From a virus (Duplodnaviria; Caudoviricetes): DNA of 64,000 nt. Positions 52,578 through 62,022 of the stretch are shown in pieces; the stretch's first letter is position 1, and each line of letters begins with the position of its first letter. The notes beneath the pieces were generated by a model. The model saw only the letters and a list, made by a program, of their open reading frames with translations. It had not been told where the DNA came from and searched no databases. The stretch is taken from IMG/VR virus record IMGVR_UViG_2799112248_000007, positions 1 through 64,000 of that record; one strand, written 5' to 3'. Made by a program: the position numbers and the translations under genes.

Positions 52578-53177
52578 ATGAAACAATCAATACAATTTAT
52601 GTACGATGGTGTTTCTTCTGAGGATATGGGAGTTTTCATTGCTTGGAATGACGATGGTCTATTCGAAGAAAACTTCCTACCTAATAGGCAAATTATTGAG
52701 AAAAAAATAGCAAATCGTGAAAAACCTTACTTTCAGAGAGTGGAACATGAACCACTCTCTTTTAGTTTGTCTTTTGCTATTGCAGATTGGGAAAACAAAG
52801 ACACGTTAAGAAGATTAGCTCGTTGGTTCTTCCAACCATATTATAAACCATTGGTATTTGATTCTAACCCAAGCAGAGTATTTTATGCAATGTTCGAGGG
52901 TGACAGTCAACTATTTCACAATGGGCTAAATGAGGGATATATCGAATTAAATATTAGATGTGATTCTCCATATGGCTATTCATTTGAACAAACAAAAGAA
53001 AATATTGAACTTCGTGATATTAATGTTGGTACAAATGTTAAATTAGATGATTCAAATTTCTCTATGGGAGAAATGAGCAATATGCAAGTTACATCTAATG
53101 GTTTAACTATCGACACTACCCTATCAACATGGGGAAATGTCTATGCAACTACAAGTAATTGGGGAGGAATAACTTAA
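52578..53177 (+). CDS. Distal tail protein (Dit), N-terminal part
   Basis: FMYDGVSSEDMG, WFFQPYYKPLVFD, IRCDSPY; follows the tape measure gene. Confidence 0.78.
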   Translation: MKQSIQFMYDGVSSEDMGVFIAWNDDGLFEENFLPNRQIIEKKIANREKPYFQRVEHEPLSFSLSFAIADWENKDTLRRLARWFFQPYYKPLVFDSNPSRVFYAMFEGDSQLFHNGLNEGYIELNIRCDSPYGYSFEQTKENIELRDINVGTNVKLDDSNFSMGEMSNMQVTSNGLTIDTTLSTWGNVYATTSNWGGIT

Positions 53178-53836
53178 TGGAAAAAACTAATGGTGGACTA
53201 GGATTAGATATTACTACTAATGCCACTTTTGATAATGATGATATAAAAGAAACAATTGTTGGTTATGGTAAAAACTTTTCAACTATCGAGAAATATTTAA
53301 GAGAATCAACAAGCTCTCCTAATAACCTTGCTGTTGGTCAAACGGTTGAAAAAGGAAGGATTATTTGGAACGAAAATCCTGTAATCGGCAGTTATGTTGG
53401 TTGGGTAAATATTCGTGAAGGTAAACACGCCCCTAATTGGAAACCAAATGTTAAATATACTGTAGGACAAGAAATTAAAGCATTAACAGATAACGGAAAT
53501 ATTTATCGTTGTGTTACAGCAGGAAAAAGTATGGTTAAATCCCCTACTTTCCTTGTTGAAGATGGTGTTGAATTTTATGATGCTATCGGCTATAAATGGT
53601 TTCCTGATTATAACTATAAAGTTAACGATGTAGTCTTCCCTACAAACGGCAGTAAATTATATTACTACATTTGTGAAACAGAAGGTCTTTCAGGAGAAAG
53701 TGAACCTACATGGTCAGGTGTTTTAGCAGGAACTACATTTATTGATAACTCTGTCACATGGCGAAAAGAAGTAAATGTTAAATGGAAACAAGTAGGTAAA
53801 TCCGCAGAATTTAGACCATTTGGTAAGGTTGAGTGA
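53177..53836 (+). CDS. Tail-associated protein with Trp/Tyr-rich carbohydrate-binding-like repeats
   Basis: WKPNVKYTVGQ..YRCVTAG and WFPDYNYKVND..YICETEG repeats; start at the TAATG overlap. Confidence 0.65.
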   Translation: MEKTNGGLGLDITTNATFDNDDIKETIVGYGKNFSTIEKYLRESTSSPNNLAVGQTVEKGRIIWNENPVIGSYVGWVNIREGKHAPNWKPNVKYTVGQEIKALTDNGNIYRCVTAGKSMVKSPTFLVEDGVEFYDAIGYKWFPDYNYKVNDVVFPTNGSKLYYYICETEGLSGESEPTWSGVLAGTTFIDNSVTWRKEVNVKWKQVGKSAEFRPFGKVE

Positions 53837-53840
53837 TACT

Positions 53841-54482
53841 ATGGCTAATTGGTCAAGATTGAGCGTTCCTAGAGGTATCTATATCTCCCCTCCTTTCTTT
53901 ATTTCAAATGACTTAGATAAATATATTGCAAACATTAAAGAGACACTAATTAATATTCATAATCAAACAGTAGAATACTATTTTAGAGTTTCCTACAATC
54001 AAAACGATTGGACTGATTGGAAAAGAATGTACATAACTTCCTATGACCTATTAGATGAATATATTTTAACAGGTTTGTATATTCAATTTCAGGTAGTCAT
54101 GATTTCTGAGAATGAATCTGTTAAACCATACCTACAAGCTTTTGAAATGGAATTAAAACCATATGGCTTCTTGGAAAACACAGGTGACTTCCCTATCAAA
54201 CCTAAGTTATGGATAAGAAAGAAAAACGGTAAAGGTGATATTGCAATTATCAACTTTACAACAGGTCAAAGAGTTGAGTTTAAAGACCTTAATAACAATG
54301 AAGAAATATACATTGATTGTGAGAATGAAGAAATTGTTTCAAGCAATCAAGTTAACGGTGTTTACAGGTATGATTCACACAACGATGAATACTTAGAATT
54401 AGCTCGTGGAAACAACTACATCACATCTGATGGTGACTTTGACCTCGATATTAGACACAAAGCAATACTACTACAAGAATAA
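53841..54482 (+). CDS. Dit-like C-terminal part / baseplate protein
   Basis: NTGDFPIKPKLWI..NEEIYIDCENEEI..YLELARGNN resembles Dit C-termini. Confidence 0.65.
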   Translation: MANWSRLSVPRGIYISPPFFISNDLDKYIANIKETLINIHNQTVEYYFRVSYNQNDWTDWKRMYITSYDLLDEYILTGLYIQFQVVMISENESVKPYLQAFEMELKPYGFLENTGDFPIKPKLWIRKKNGKGDIAIINFTTGQRVEFKDLNNNEEIYIDCENEEIVSSNQVNGVYRYDSHNDEYLELARGNNYITSDGDFDLDIRHKAILLQE

Positions 54483-54498
54483 ACAGGAGGAATGACTA

Positions 54499-57400
54499 GT
54501 GAAGATAGGTGAAATTGATTATAACCTAAAACTACCTAAGAAAAGTCTTTTTTTATGTAAACCAAATAAAAGCACTATCGCTAAAATTAATGAAGCCTAT
54601 GATGTACAATACTATACAAAGTTAAGTACAGTAAATGAGCTTTCATTCAAGATTCCAACAATCATTATTAAAGATGAAGTTCCTATGGACAACCCAAATA
54701 TCGAGCGTATTAAGCACAGATATATTTTTAAATATGTTGTTGGCAACACAACTGAGTATTTTCTTTTTAATGAATCTAACAAAACTTACGGTGATGAAGA
54801 TTATATTGAATATAGAGCATATTCGCTAGGTGTTCAATTAGGTGACAAAAACGTTAGAGAATACGAGAAGATCGGTAACTTAAAAGATGTTGCAGATGGT
54901 GTTCTTGAAGATGTTTATGGTAGCTTAGGAGAAGTCCCTATTAAGCGTTGGACTATCGGTTATGTTGACAGCTACTTCACTACTTCCGAAACAGCAGAAA
55001 GAAAATACAATGTAAGCTCTATGTCCCTATTAGAAGTTATGTATGACATTGCGACTAAATGGAACGCTGTAATCAAATGGAACACTGAGGATTTAGTAAT
55101 CGAGTTCCACAAAGCTGAAAATGTAGGATTAAATAAAGGCTTTTACATTCGTGATGGTAAATACTTAGAAAGCTTCGATCTATCAGTCGATAGTAGCACA
55201 ACAGTTACTCGCCTAAGAGCATTTGGTTCAGAAGGATTGACATTTAGAAAAATAAACCCACTTGGAGAAGACTATATACAGGACTTCTCTTTTTATATGT
55301 ATCCATTTGAATATGATAAAGAAAACAACAGGGTAATCAAAAGTTCAGACTACATGAGTGATAATTTATGTATTGCGCTAACAAAGTATGAAGACTTAGT
55401 GAAAAGCTTAGAAAGTGATTTTGAAACTATTTCTAAGAAAATCGAAGCTCTACAAGCAATCCTTACAATTGAATCTGATAGACTTTCTAAAATAACTGTA
55501 GAAAGAATGCTATTAGAAGATGAAAGAGATGTTCTTTTAGCTGATTTTCAAACTGATAAGAGTCTTTGGGGTAAAGATGGATATAACGACAGAGGCACTA
55601 AAGATGGAACTGAAAGACATGCTGAGGTAATTGAATTACTTAGAGCAAAAGAGATTGAAGAATCTAACCAAAAAGCAGTCGTTGACAATGCTAGATTTGA
55701 TGTAGAAGATGCAGAGCGTGAAAAGCAAGTCCACTTAGATAAACTTAAACCTTCTACTAACTTTACTAATGATGAATACGCAGAGTTACAAAACTTTATC
55801 ATTGTCCAAGAGTATACAAATGACTCTATCACCCACCCCGAAGATTTGATGAAAGAAGCTAAAACAATCTTCAAACAAAGTCAAGAGCCAAAAATTCAAT
55901 TAACTGTAAGCATTATTGATTTCCTCTCAGTTATTGAATGTCAAAATGATTGGGATAAATTAGGTTTAGGTGACAGTATCAGAATACGATACGATAGGCT
56001 CAAAGTTAATATTCTAGCAAAAATCATTGAAATCAATTATGACTTTGAGAATTTTGAAATCTCTTTAACTATCGCTAACGAGAAAGACCTTAAAGATGGT
56101 AGTGCATTGTTAATGGACTTGCTAAACAAAGCAGATCTCACTTCTACTATCGTGTCGATGGACAAAGATGGTTGGAATCTATCGAAAGAAAACAACGGTA
56201 AAATCAATGAAATTATCAACAATAAGTGGGACTCATTAAAAAATGCTGTCCTAGCAGGCTATGACCAACAAATAACTATCTCAGAGCGTGGTATCATCGT
56301 TAAATCGCTTGACGATCCTGATAGTTGGTTGGTTATACAAAACGGCTTCTTGGCTATCACAAATGACCGTGGTAACACATGGAAACACGCAATTTCAAAA
56401 GACGGTATTTGGGGTGAATACATCTTCGGCAAACTTATCTCAGGTGTTAATTTATATATTGAAGATGAATCAGGAGCTTGGAAAACTCAAGGCTCTAGGA
56501 CTACTATCTACAATGCAGATGGTAAAGAAGTTATGTGGCTTGGTCTTGTTTCTGAAAACCTCCGAGATCAATTTGATAATATTATTCGCCAAGAAACAGG
56601 AGAATGTTTCGGTTTAAAATCATGGAACACTGTAAATAAGGTTGAAATTACTGACTGTAAAGGTTTTGCTATCTCAAGATGGAAAGATAATGATTGGCAA
56701 AAAGTAATGTGGGCTAACCCTGACGGAACACTTTATACGAAAGATATGGTTGCGGAAGGAATTAAGATTGTTAATAATGTTGGCGACCTTATCCTAGACG
56801 CAGAGAACAATTTCTTTGATGTAAGTATTTTCGATAAAATTGTTGCTGACGGAAAACTAACAACTCTTGAAAAACTACAAATTACTACAGAATTGCACCG
56901 CATACACGCCGACTACAAAGCCCTTCTCAAACACGCTGACAAATATAATAAGAGTGAAAGAGACAATGAAACAGACTTTGATGAAGCATGGAATCAAGAT
57001 GAAGGTAGATTCCCTACTACAATATCTGATATTGAGCGATACAGCACAAAAGACCTCATTGAAAAATATACAGCTCTTGTAAACTACCTATCTCAATTCC
57101 TCCCTATTACAAAAAAAGGTATCATTAGAGATGAATTTCTTGAAATTGACCAAAAACACCCACTTATGGAAACAACGAGTGAGATTGCTAATAGAGGTTA
57201 CTTTATTCAAGTATTTAGAGACTATCATGATGCATCAATAAAGCTTAAGCAAGCTATAGAGGATTCGATTTTCTATTCAGGTATTAATATGGGAAGTTAC
57301 TATAACAACCTTATGATGGGTAAACAAGGTTTCGTAGCTGTCAGAAATGATGGTAGGTATCGTGCTTACCTTAATGCTACTAATGGTCTTGCCCTTCAAA

Positions 57401-58506
57401 AATGGGAAAAAGGCAAATGGGTTAGTAAACTATTTGCAACCTTAGGCGACCCTATGTGGGAAGATGGTACATTATTCGCAGAAGGTCTTGTAACTCACAA
57501 TCTACGAATTGTTGATGGTCACATGAACAATAAAATTATTTTTGATTGGCTTGACGGTATCACAATTTTCGGTGACAACAACGGTGCTGTTATTTACCTT
57601 AGCGGTAATGATGGTATTAAAATCGAAGTCGATGGAGATAGAAAGTTTTGGGTTGGTTTGGATGGTAGGCTTTATGCGAAAGACATTACTACTCACAATC
57701 TTAAAATTGTTGACGGTAACTTAGGTGAGAAAATTGTATTTGATCATGAAGAAGGTATTACAATCTATGGCGATAACGCTGACATTTTCTTAAATGCTAA
57801 TGACGCTATTAGAATTAAAACCAAGAGTGGCGAAGATAGATTTTGGGTTGATACTGATGGTTCACTATTTGCTAAAAAGTTATACATCATGGGTGATGAC
57901 GATGAAATGATTGAAGATATTGATGGTTCATATATCTCTGATTTAACAGTAAATAGTTTAAAGACACTTGGCAAAGGAAGCACAAAACAAGACATTATCC
58001 ATATTGCTAAAAACTTTATGAGATTCAATACTTTCTTCTCAGATAGCGAAAAAACAAAACTAGAGTTTACCTTTGAAGGCACACGCGACACTTCATTCCC
58101 TGTTATGATTTTCGGTTCAGGAAATGGTAGAGGATACGGTAGTGGCTCTGAGCAAGCAAAAGTTTACAAAGATAACAAAAAGTTTGCTATTGAATATGAT
58201 GCACCAAATGGAGTTATGACAAAATTCTATTTCAATGAAACAGATACAGATGATGCAGGACAAGCAGTTTACTTTGAGTCTAAAGGTGGCGTTCGATTCC
58301 ACTCAGACAAAAAGTTCGTTGCAAAGACTGATTTGTATGAATTTTTCAGGGTTGTTAAAGGTGAAGACGCTAAAATGCAATTTGGTCAATACTCTTGGAT
58401 TACTATTGAAAAGGATAATCTAATGATTCGTTTTGATACTAATAACTACATCAAAATTTCTGCAAGTGGTGTGGAAATCAAAGGAACTAAGATTAGCTTA
58501 AACTAG
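54499..58506 (+). CDS. Tal/baseplate hub protein with a long central fibre and a C-terminal spike
   Basis: LFLCKPNK, ELSFKIP, VTRLRAFG, LGLGDSI hub motifs; beta repeats; ends VEIKGTKISLN. Confidence 0.8.
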   Translation: MKIGEIDYNLKLPKKSLFLCKPNKSTIAKINEAYDVQYYTKLSTVNELSFKIPTIIIKDEVPMDNPNIERIKHRYIFKYVVGNTTEYFLFNESNKTYGDEDYIEYRAYSLGVQLGDKNVREYEKIGNLKDVADGVLEDVYGSLGEVPIKRWTIGYVDSYFTTSETAERKYNVSSMSLLEVMYDIATKWNAVIKWNTEDLVIEFHKAENVGLNKGFYIRDGKYLESFDLSVDSSTTVTRLRAFGSEGLTFRKINPLGEDYIQDFSFYMYPFEYDKENNRVIKSSDYMSDNLCIALTKYEDLVKSLESDFETISKKIEALQAILTIESDRLSKITVERMLLEDERDVLLADFQTDKSLWGKDGYNDRGTKDGTERHAEVIELLRAKEIEESNQKAVVDNARFDVEDAEREKQVHLDKLKPSTNFTNDEYAELQNFIIVQEYTNDSITHPEDLMKEAKTIFKQSQEPKIQLTVSIIDFLSVIECQNDWDKLGLGDSIRIRYDRLKVNILAKIIEINYDFENFEISLTIANEKDLKDGSALLMDLLNKADLTSTIVSMDKDGWNLSKENNGKINEIINNKWDSLKNAVLAGYDQQITISERGIIVKSLDDPDSWLVIQNGFLAITNDRGNTWKHAISKDGIWGEYIFGKLISGVNLYIEDESGAWKTQGSRTTIYNADGKEVMWLGLVSENLRDQFDNIIRQETGECFGLKSWNTVNKVEITDCKGFAISRWKDNDWQKVMWANPDGTLYTKDMVAEGIKIVNNVGDLILDAENNFFDVSIFDKIVADGKLTTLEKLQITTELHRIHADYKALLKHADKYNKSERDNETDFDEAWNQDEGRFPTTISDIERYSTKDLIEKYTALVNYLSQFLPITKKGIIRDEFLEIDQKHPLMETTSEIANRGYFIQVFRDYHDASIKLKQAIEDSIFYSGINMGSYYNNLMMGKQGFVAVRNDGRYRAYLNATNGLALQKWEKGKWVSKLFATLGDPMWEDGTLFAEGLVTHNLRIVDGHMNNKIIFDWLDGITIFGDNNGAVIYLSGNDGIKIEVDGDRKFWVGLDGRLYAKDITTHNLKIVDGNLGEKIVFDHEEGITIYGDNADIFLNANDAIRIKTKSGEDRFWVDTDGSLFAKKLYIMGDDDEMIEDIDGSYISDLTVNSLKTLGKGSTKQDIIHIAKNFMRFNTFFSDSEKTKLEFTFEGTRDTSFPVMIFGSGNGRGYGSGSEQAKVYKDNKKFAIEYDAPNGVMTKFYFNETDTDDAGQAVYFESKGGVRFHSDKKFVAKTDLYEFFRVVKGEDAKMQFGQYSWITIEKDNLMIRFDTNNYIKISASGVEIKGTKISLN

Positions 58507-58517
58507 GAGGATTTTAT

Positions 58518-58982
58518 ATGGCAAACATAGCTCTAAAAGACGCTACAATATCTGATTCTACTGCCACTGACCACATCACCTATAAGGTTAATGAGCAAGT
58601 AGATACAGGTGGTGGGTACTATGGCCAATGGGGTAATTATGTACCAACCTACCCTATCTACGATTGGGTTCAACATCAAACTTCTGCAACAGTCAAAGGA
58701 GAAACAGTATCAACAGTAACAAACGTTACTATTCAAGGAAAAGCACCAATAGTTCAAGGTGACAAAACAAAAGAGAATGACTCATATAACATACCTAGTG
58801 GTGGCACATATGTTAGTGGTTCTCACACTAACGCTCAAGGCACAGTAACAGTTGGTAACAGTAGAAATGTTTTCATCAATGGTAAATCAGTTGCTATTGA
58901 TGGCTCTACCGTTACAACACATGCAGGAACTAGCTCTAAAATTAACGGTGGAACTAGTTCTACTGTAACAATAGGTTCATAA
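58518..58982 (+). CDS. PAAR-like spike-tip protein
   Basis: NVTIQGKAPIVQGD, NVFINGKSVAIDGS, GTSSTVTIGS; directly after the spike gene. Confidence 0.65.
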   Translation: MANIALKDATISDSTATDHITYKVNEQVDTGGGYYGQWGNYVPTYPIYDWVQHQTSATVKGETVSTVTNVTIQGKAPIVQGDKTKENDSYNIPSGGTYVSGSHTNAQGTVTVGNSRNVFINGKSVAIDGSTVTTHAGTSSKINGGTSSTVTIGS

Positions 58983-58995
58983 AGAAGGTGAGAAT

Positions 58996-60153
58996 TTGGC
59001 AGTAACAAAACAACCCATAAATTATTTAGAATTTAACAACCCTATTCATATTGTTTGGCGAAAAGGAACACCTAATGACCCTTTCATTGATAGACTAGAC
59101 ATTACTCGTATAGTAAATCAACGTGTTGCTCTCTTAGAAATTCCTGATGAACTATATCGAGTAAGGATTGCGAATATGTTTGAAGTAAACTACGAAAAGT
59201 TCATAAAAAGTAGTTTAGGTAAAAACGAGTTCTATTGTGACTATACAAATGGTTTCATCTACTTCAATGTTGACAGAGAAGCAGAAACAGTTTCTATTGT
59301 GTATAAAGGCAGAGGTGTCATTCTATACCCTTCTAATCGAATTATTCACTATGATGGCACTAATAGCACAGAAACACTATACAAAATCATTGAAGAAGCA
59401 AAATCTCAGATTCAAGAATTAATCGGTCAAACAGCAAACTTTGAAGAAGTTTTAGAGAATATGATTATCGCTACGAATTTAACAAAAGAAGCTACAGACA
59501 TTGTTCTTGAAACAAATGATAAAGCACAGCAATATATTGATCTTGTCAAAGATGCTTACGAAACCACTGTATTAATCTATCAACCATATGTACAAACACA
59601 GAATGAAATAGCGCAAAAGTACCCTAACCCACACGTTGGTTGGACTGTGCAAGTATATGACACAGGTATTCGTTACCGTTGGAATGGCAAAGAGTGGATT
59701 CCAATAGATAATTTAGGTGGGAATATCCCTAAGGCATCTGATAAATATGATGGTCTTATGTCTAAAGAACATTACATTAAAGTGGAAGACATTAGTAATG
59801 AAACAGACTATAGAACTATCGTTTTTATTTGCCCTCAAGAAATTTTACAAGGTGTCCAAGACCCTCATGTAGTCTTCCCTCATAATGGAGAAATTTTAGA
59901 CATTAAAGCATTTGTCTCAAAAAAAGGTACTGTCGATACTTTAATAGATATTGAATTATCAAAAGATTTCAATAATTGGTATTCTATTATTGATAAACCT
60001 GTTTCAATTAATGCAGGTAATCACAAAGATAGCAGACTACACAAATTAAAAACAACAAAAATTAAAGAAAATGATGTTTTCAGGTTGAATGTATCTAATT
60101 TTAATACAGACGCATATAACCTGACAGTAAATATTAAAATAAAAATTGATTAG
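58996..60153 (+). CDS. Baseplate/fibre attachment protein
   Basis: Coiled coil plus YPNPHVGWTVQV..YRWNG, ASDKYDGLMSKE tail-fibre-type motifs. Confidence 0.65.
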   Translation: MAVTKQPINYLEFNNPIHIVWRKGTPNDPFIDRLDITRIVNQRVALLEIPDELYRVRIANMFEVNYEKFIKSSLGKNEFYCDYTNGFIYFNVDREAETVSIVYKGRGVILYPSNRIIHYDGTNSTETLYKIIEEAKSQIQELIGQTANFEEVLENMIIATNLTKEATDIVLETNDKAQQYIDLVKDAYETTVLIYQPYVQTQNEIAQKYPNPHVGWTVQVYDTGIRYRWNGKEWIPIDNLGGNIPKASDKYDGLMSKEHYIKVEDISNETDYRTIVFICPQEILQGVQDPHVVFPHNGEILDIKAFVSKKGTVDTLIDIELSKDFNNWYSIIDKPVSINAGNHKDSRLHKLKTTKIKENDVFRLNVSNFNTDAYNLTVNIKIKID

Positions 60154-60170
60154 AGAGTAGGAATTTAATT

Positions 60171-60929
60171 ATGGCAACAAAAGCGCCTGAGGTTTCATGG
60201 TATGAAGGTACAAATGAATTTTCTAAACAAGTAAACTATACAGTAAACTACGGTACTGTAGATGCTGACTCACCGTCACAAACTAAAGTATTCTATATTT
60301 GGAATAACCGTGGAGGTAAAGAAGATTGCTCTAAAATGGAGGAAGTAACATTCACAACTCGTGACCGTAAGGGTGGTGATGGAAGTCAAGATGGAAACAT
60401 TGTTCAGGCAGTTAAAGATTGTTGGTTCAATGTTCGTGTAGATAGCTTAGGTGAAGAAGATAAATTTTTACCTGTTGGTAAAAGTGGTGTTAAAGATACA
60501 AATAGGTCAGGTGTTAAAGACTTAGGTACAACAGGAACTACAACAAATGTAAATGCATCTACTGCCCAAGTTTGGTCTGCTAAAAAAGATTTAGCATTAA
60601 ACACTTATGTCCAACCAACAAATCCAAATGGTTTCATTTATAAGGTTACTAAAGCAGGTACAACAGATGTTAACGAGCCACAATGGGCAGATAAGGAAGG
60701 AAACCCTACATTTGATGGTTTAGATATTGAATACCAAGCTATCAAAATTGAAAAAACACCTGCAACAAAAGAAATTTTAGGCTTTGCAAATAATACGAAG
60801 GAAGATGGCTCTGACGCTCACTTAGCAGGCGGTAACTTCGTTAAGATTTCTGTATATGCAGATGTACCAGTTGATGCATTAGCAGGTAAAAACCTATTAA
60901 TGCAACGTGTTTCATACCGTTACGTTTAA
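60171..60929 (+). CDS. Tail-associated structural protein
   Basis: Beta-rich, with a WSAKK..YKVTKAGTT..EPQW module like that of 53177-53836. Confidence 0.6.
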   Translation: MATKAPEVSWYEGTNEFSKQVNYTVNYGTVDADSPSQTKVFYIWNNRGGKEDCSKMEEVTFTTRDRKGGDGSQDGNIVQAVKDCWFNVRVDSLGEEDKFLPVGKSGVKDTNRSGVKDLGTTGTTTNVNASTAQVWSAKKDLALNTYVQPTNPNGFIYKVTKAGTTDVNEPQWADKEGNPTFDGLDIEYQAIKIEKTPATKEILGFANNTKEDGSDAHLAGGNFVKISVYADVPVDALAGKNLLMQRVSYRYV

Positions 60930-60946
60930 AAGTAACATAATAATAT
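60928..60946 (+). promoter_or_regulatory. 19-bp motif variant
   Basis: AAAAGTAACATAATAATAT overlapping a stop codon. Confidence 0.7.
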
Positions 60947-60970
60947 AATTAGGTAAAAGAGTGATTTTAC

Positions 60971-61004
60971 AGGGTAAGGGGATTTCTCCCCTACCCTATT
61001 TTTT
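60971..61004 (+). terminator. Rho-independent terminator
   Basis: AGGGTAAGGGGA-TTTC-TCCCCTACCCT followed by T-run. Confidence 0.75.
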
Positions 61005-61052
61005 ATGAATTTTTTAATAAAAAACTTCAATGCAATGAAGGAGATTGATAAT

Positions 61053-61652
61053 ATGTTATTCACAAATGGACAAAATTTACAGGCGATCGGTATCCCCTTT
61101 AATTGGAACGCTGATTATGTAAATGGTAAAAACTATGCTGAGTATGACCTACTTACGCATGAGAAAAATGATTTTTATTTAATTCAGAGAAATCAGGTTA
61201 TTCGTTTTGGTTTGTTTGGTCAAGGAATGAAATTTTTCTTCGAAATGTCAGATGGTTCATTCAACCTAATGAAGAGAAGAATTGAAGTTGAGTACATTGA
61301 CGAAAATGGAGAAACTTATCATTTAACAACAAATTTCGAAAACAAAGACCTTATCACATATAAAGAAGCTTACACTGACTACAGCAATGTACAAGGTGTT
61401 CAACGCTCAAATATCAAGTCCATTAATTTTGGCTACAAAACAATTTACAAGAAAGATGATGTTCAACTATTTTTCCAACCTGTTGTATCCCTACCCTTTA
61501 ATGAGAGCGCCTTTATTGAGGTCAAATTAACATCGAATAAGGACATGAACGGCTACTTGGTGTTCAAATCAAGTGGGATTGAAATAGAACGCTTCTACGC
61601 CCCTTTAGAAGCCAATAGAGCAGGTCAAATTAATTGGACTATCAAAAACTAA
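61053..61652 (+). CDS. Hypothetical tail-region protein
   Basis: ORF; start moved to ATG 61053 behind AAGGAG. Confidence 0.7.
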   Translation: MLFTNGQNLQAIGIPFNWNADYVNGKNYAEYDLLTHEKNDFYLIQRNQVIRFGLFGQGMKFFFEMSDGSFNLMKRRIEVEYIDENGETYHLTTNFENKDLITYKEAYTDYSNVQGVQRSNIKSINFGYKTIYKKDDVQLFFQPVVSLPFNESAFIEVKLTSNKDMNGYLVFKSSGIEIERFYAPLEANRAGQINWTIKN

Positions 61653-61673
61653 CACAAAGAGAGGAAATGCACT

Positions 61674-62006
61674 ATGAAGAGATTTTGGCTACGTCTTCCT
61701 GAAAAAAATGACTACTTAGAAATAACAGCTACGAACAATAAGTTATCATTATTTGAGTCTTCAACTGAAAAAGCTTACACAGTAGACATAGGTAATTATT
61801 CACTTGAGAAACTACGAGATAATCTAGTTAGTAAAGGCTTAGATGCTCGGATTGGAGAAATTAAAGCACCTAAAAACTCTAAATTCATTGTATTGTTCTT
61901 AGACAGCTCATTCACAAATGTAAATGGTAGCTTTGTTACTTTTGTAGGCGGTATAGAGTCTATTGACACAGGAGATAGACAAGAAGAAAACATAATTCAC
62001 ATTTAA
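61674..62006 (+). CDS. Hypothetical protein
   Basis: 110-aa ORF with a GAGG RBS. Confidence 0.7.
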   Translation: MKRFWLRLPEKNDYLEITATNNKLSLFESSTEKAYTVDIGNYSLEKLRDNLVSKGLDARIGEIKAPKNSKFIVLFLDSSFTNVNGSFVTFVGGIESIDTGDRQEENIIHI

Positions 62007-62022
62007 GAAAGGAAGATGCTCT

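Noticed and set aside
2236-60604. Short antisense or alternate-frame ORFs in the track (e.g. 2236-2523, 9565-9950, 12252-12560, 23753-24157, 46094-46555, 55548-55874)
   Set aside because: They overlap well-supported genes, lack RBSs and have shadow-ORF composition
41335-60929. Contractile injection system (R-type tailocin, eCIS, PBSX-like)
   Set aside because: No sheath, baseplate J/wedge or LysM tube-initiator genes; the Dit-Tal and long tape measure layout is siphovirus-type
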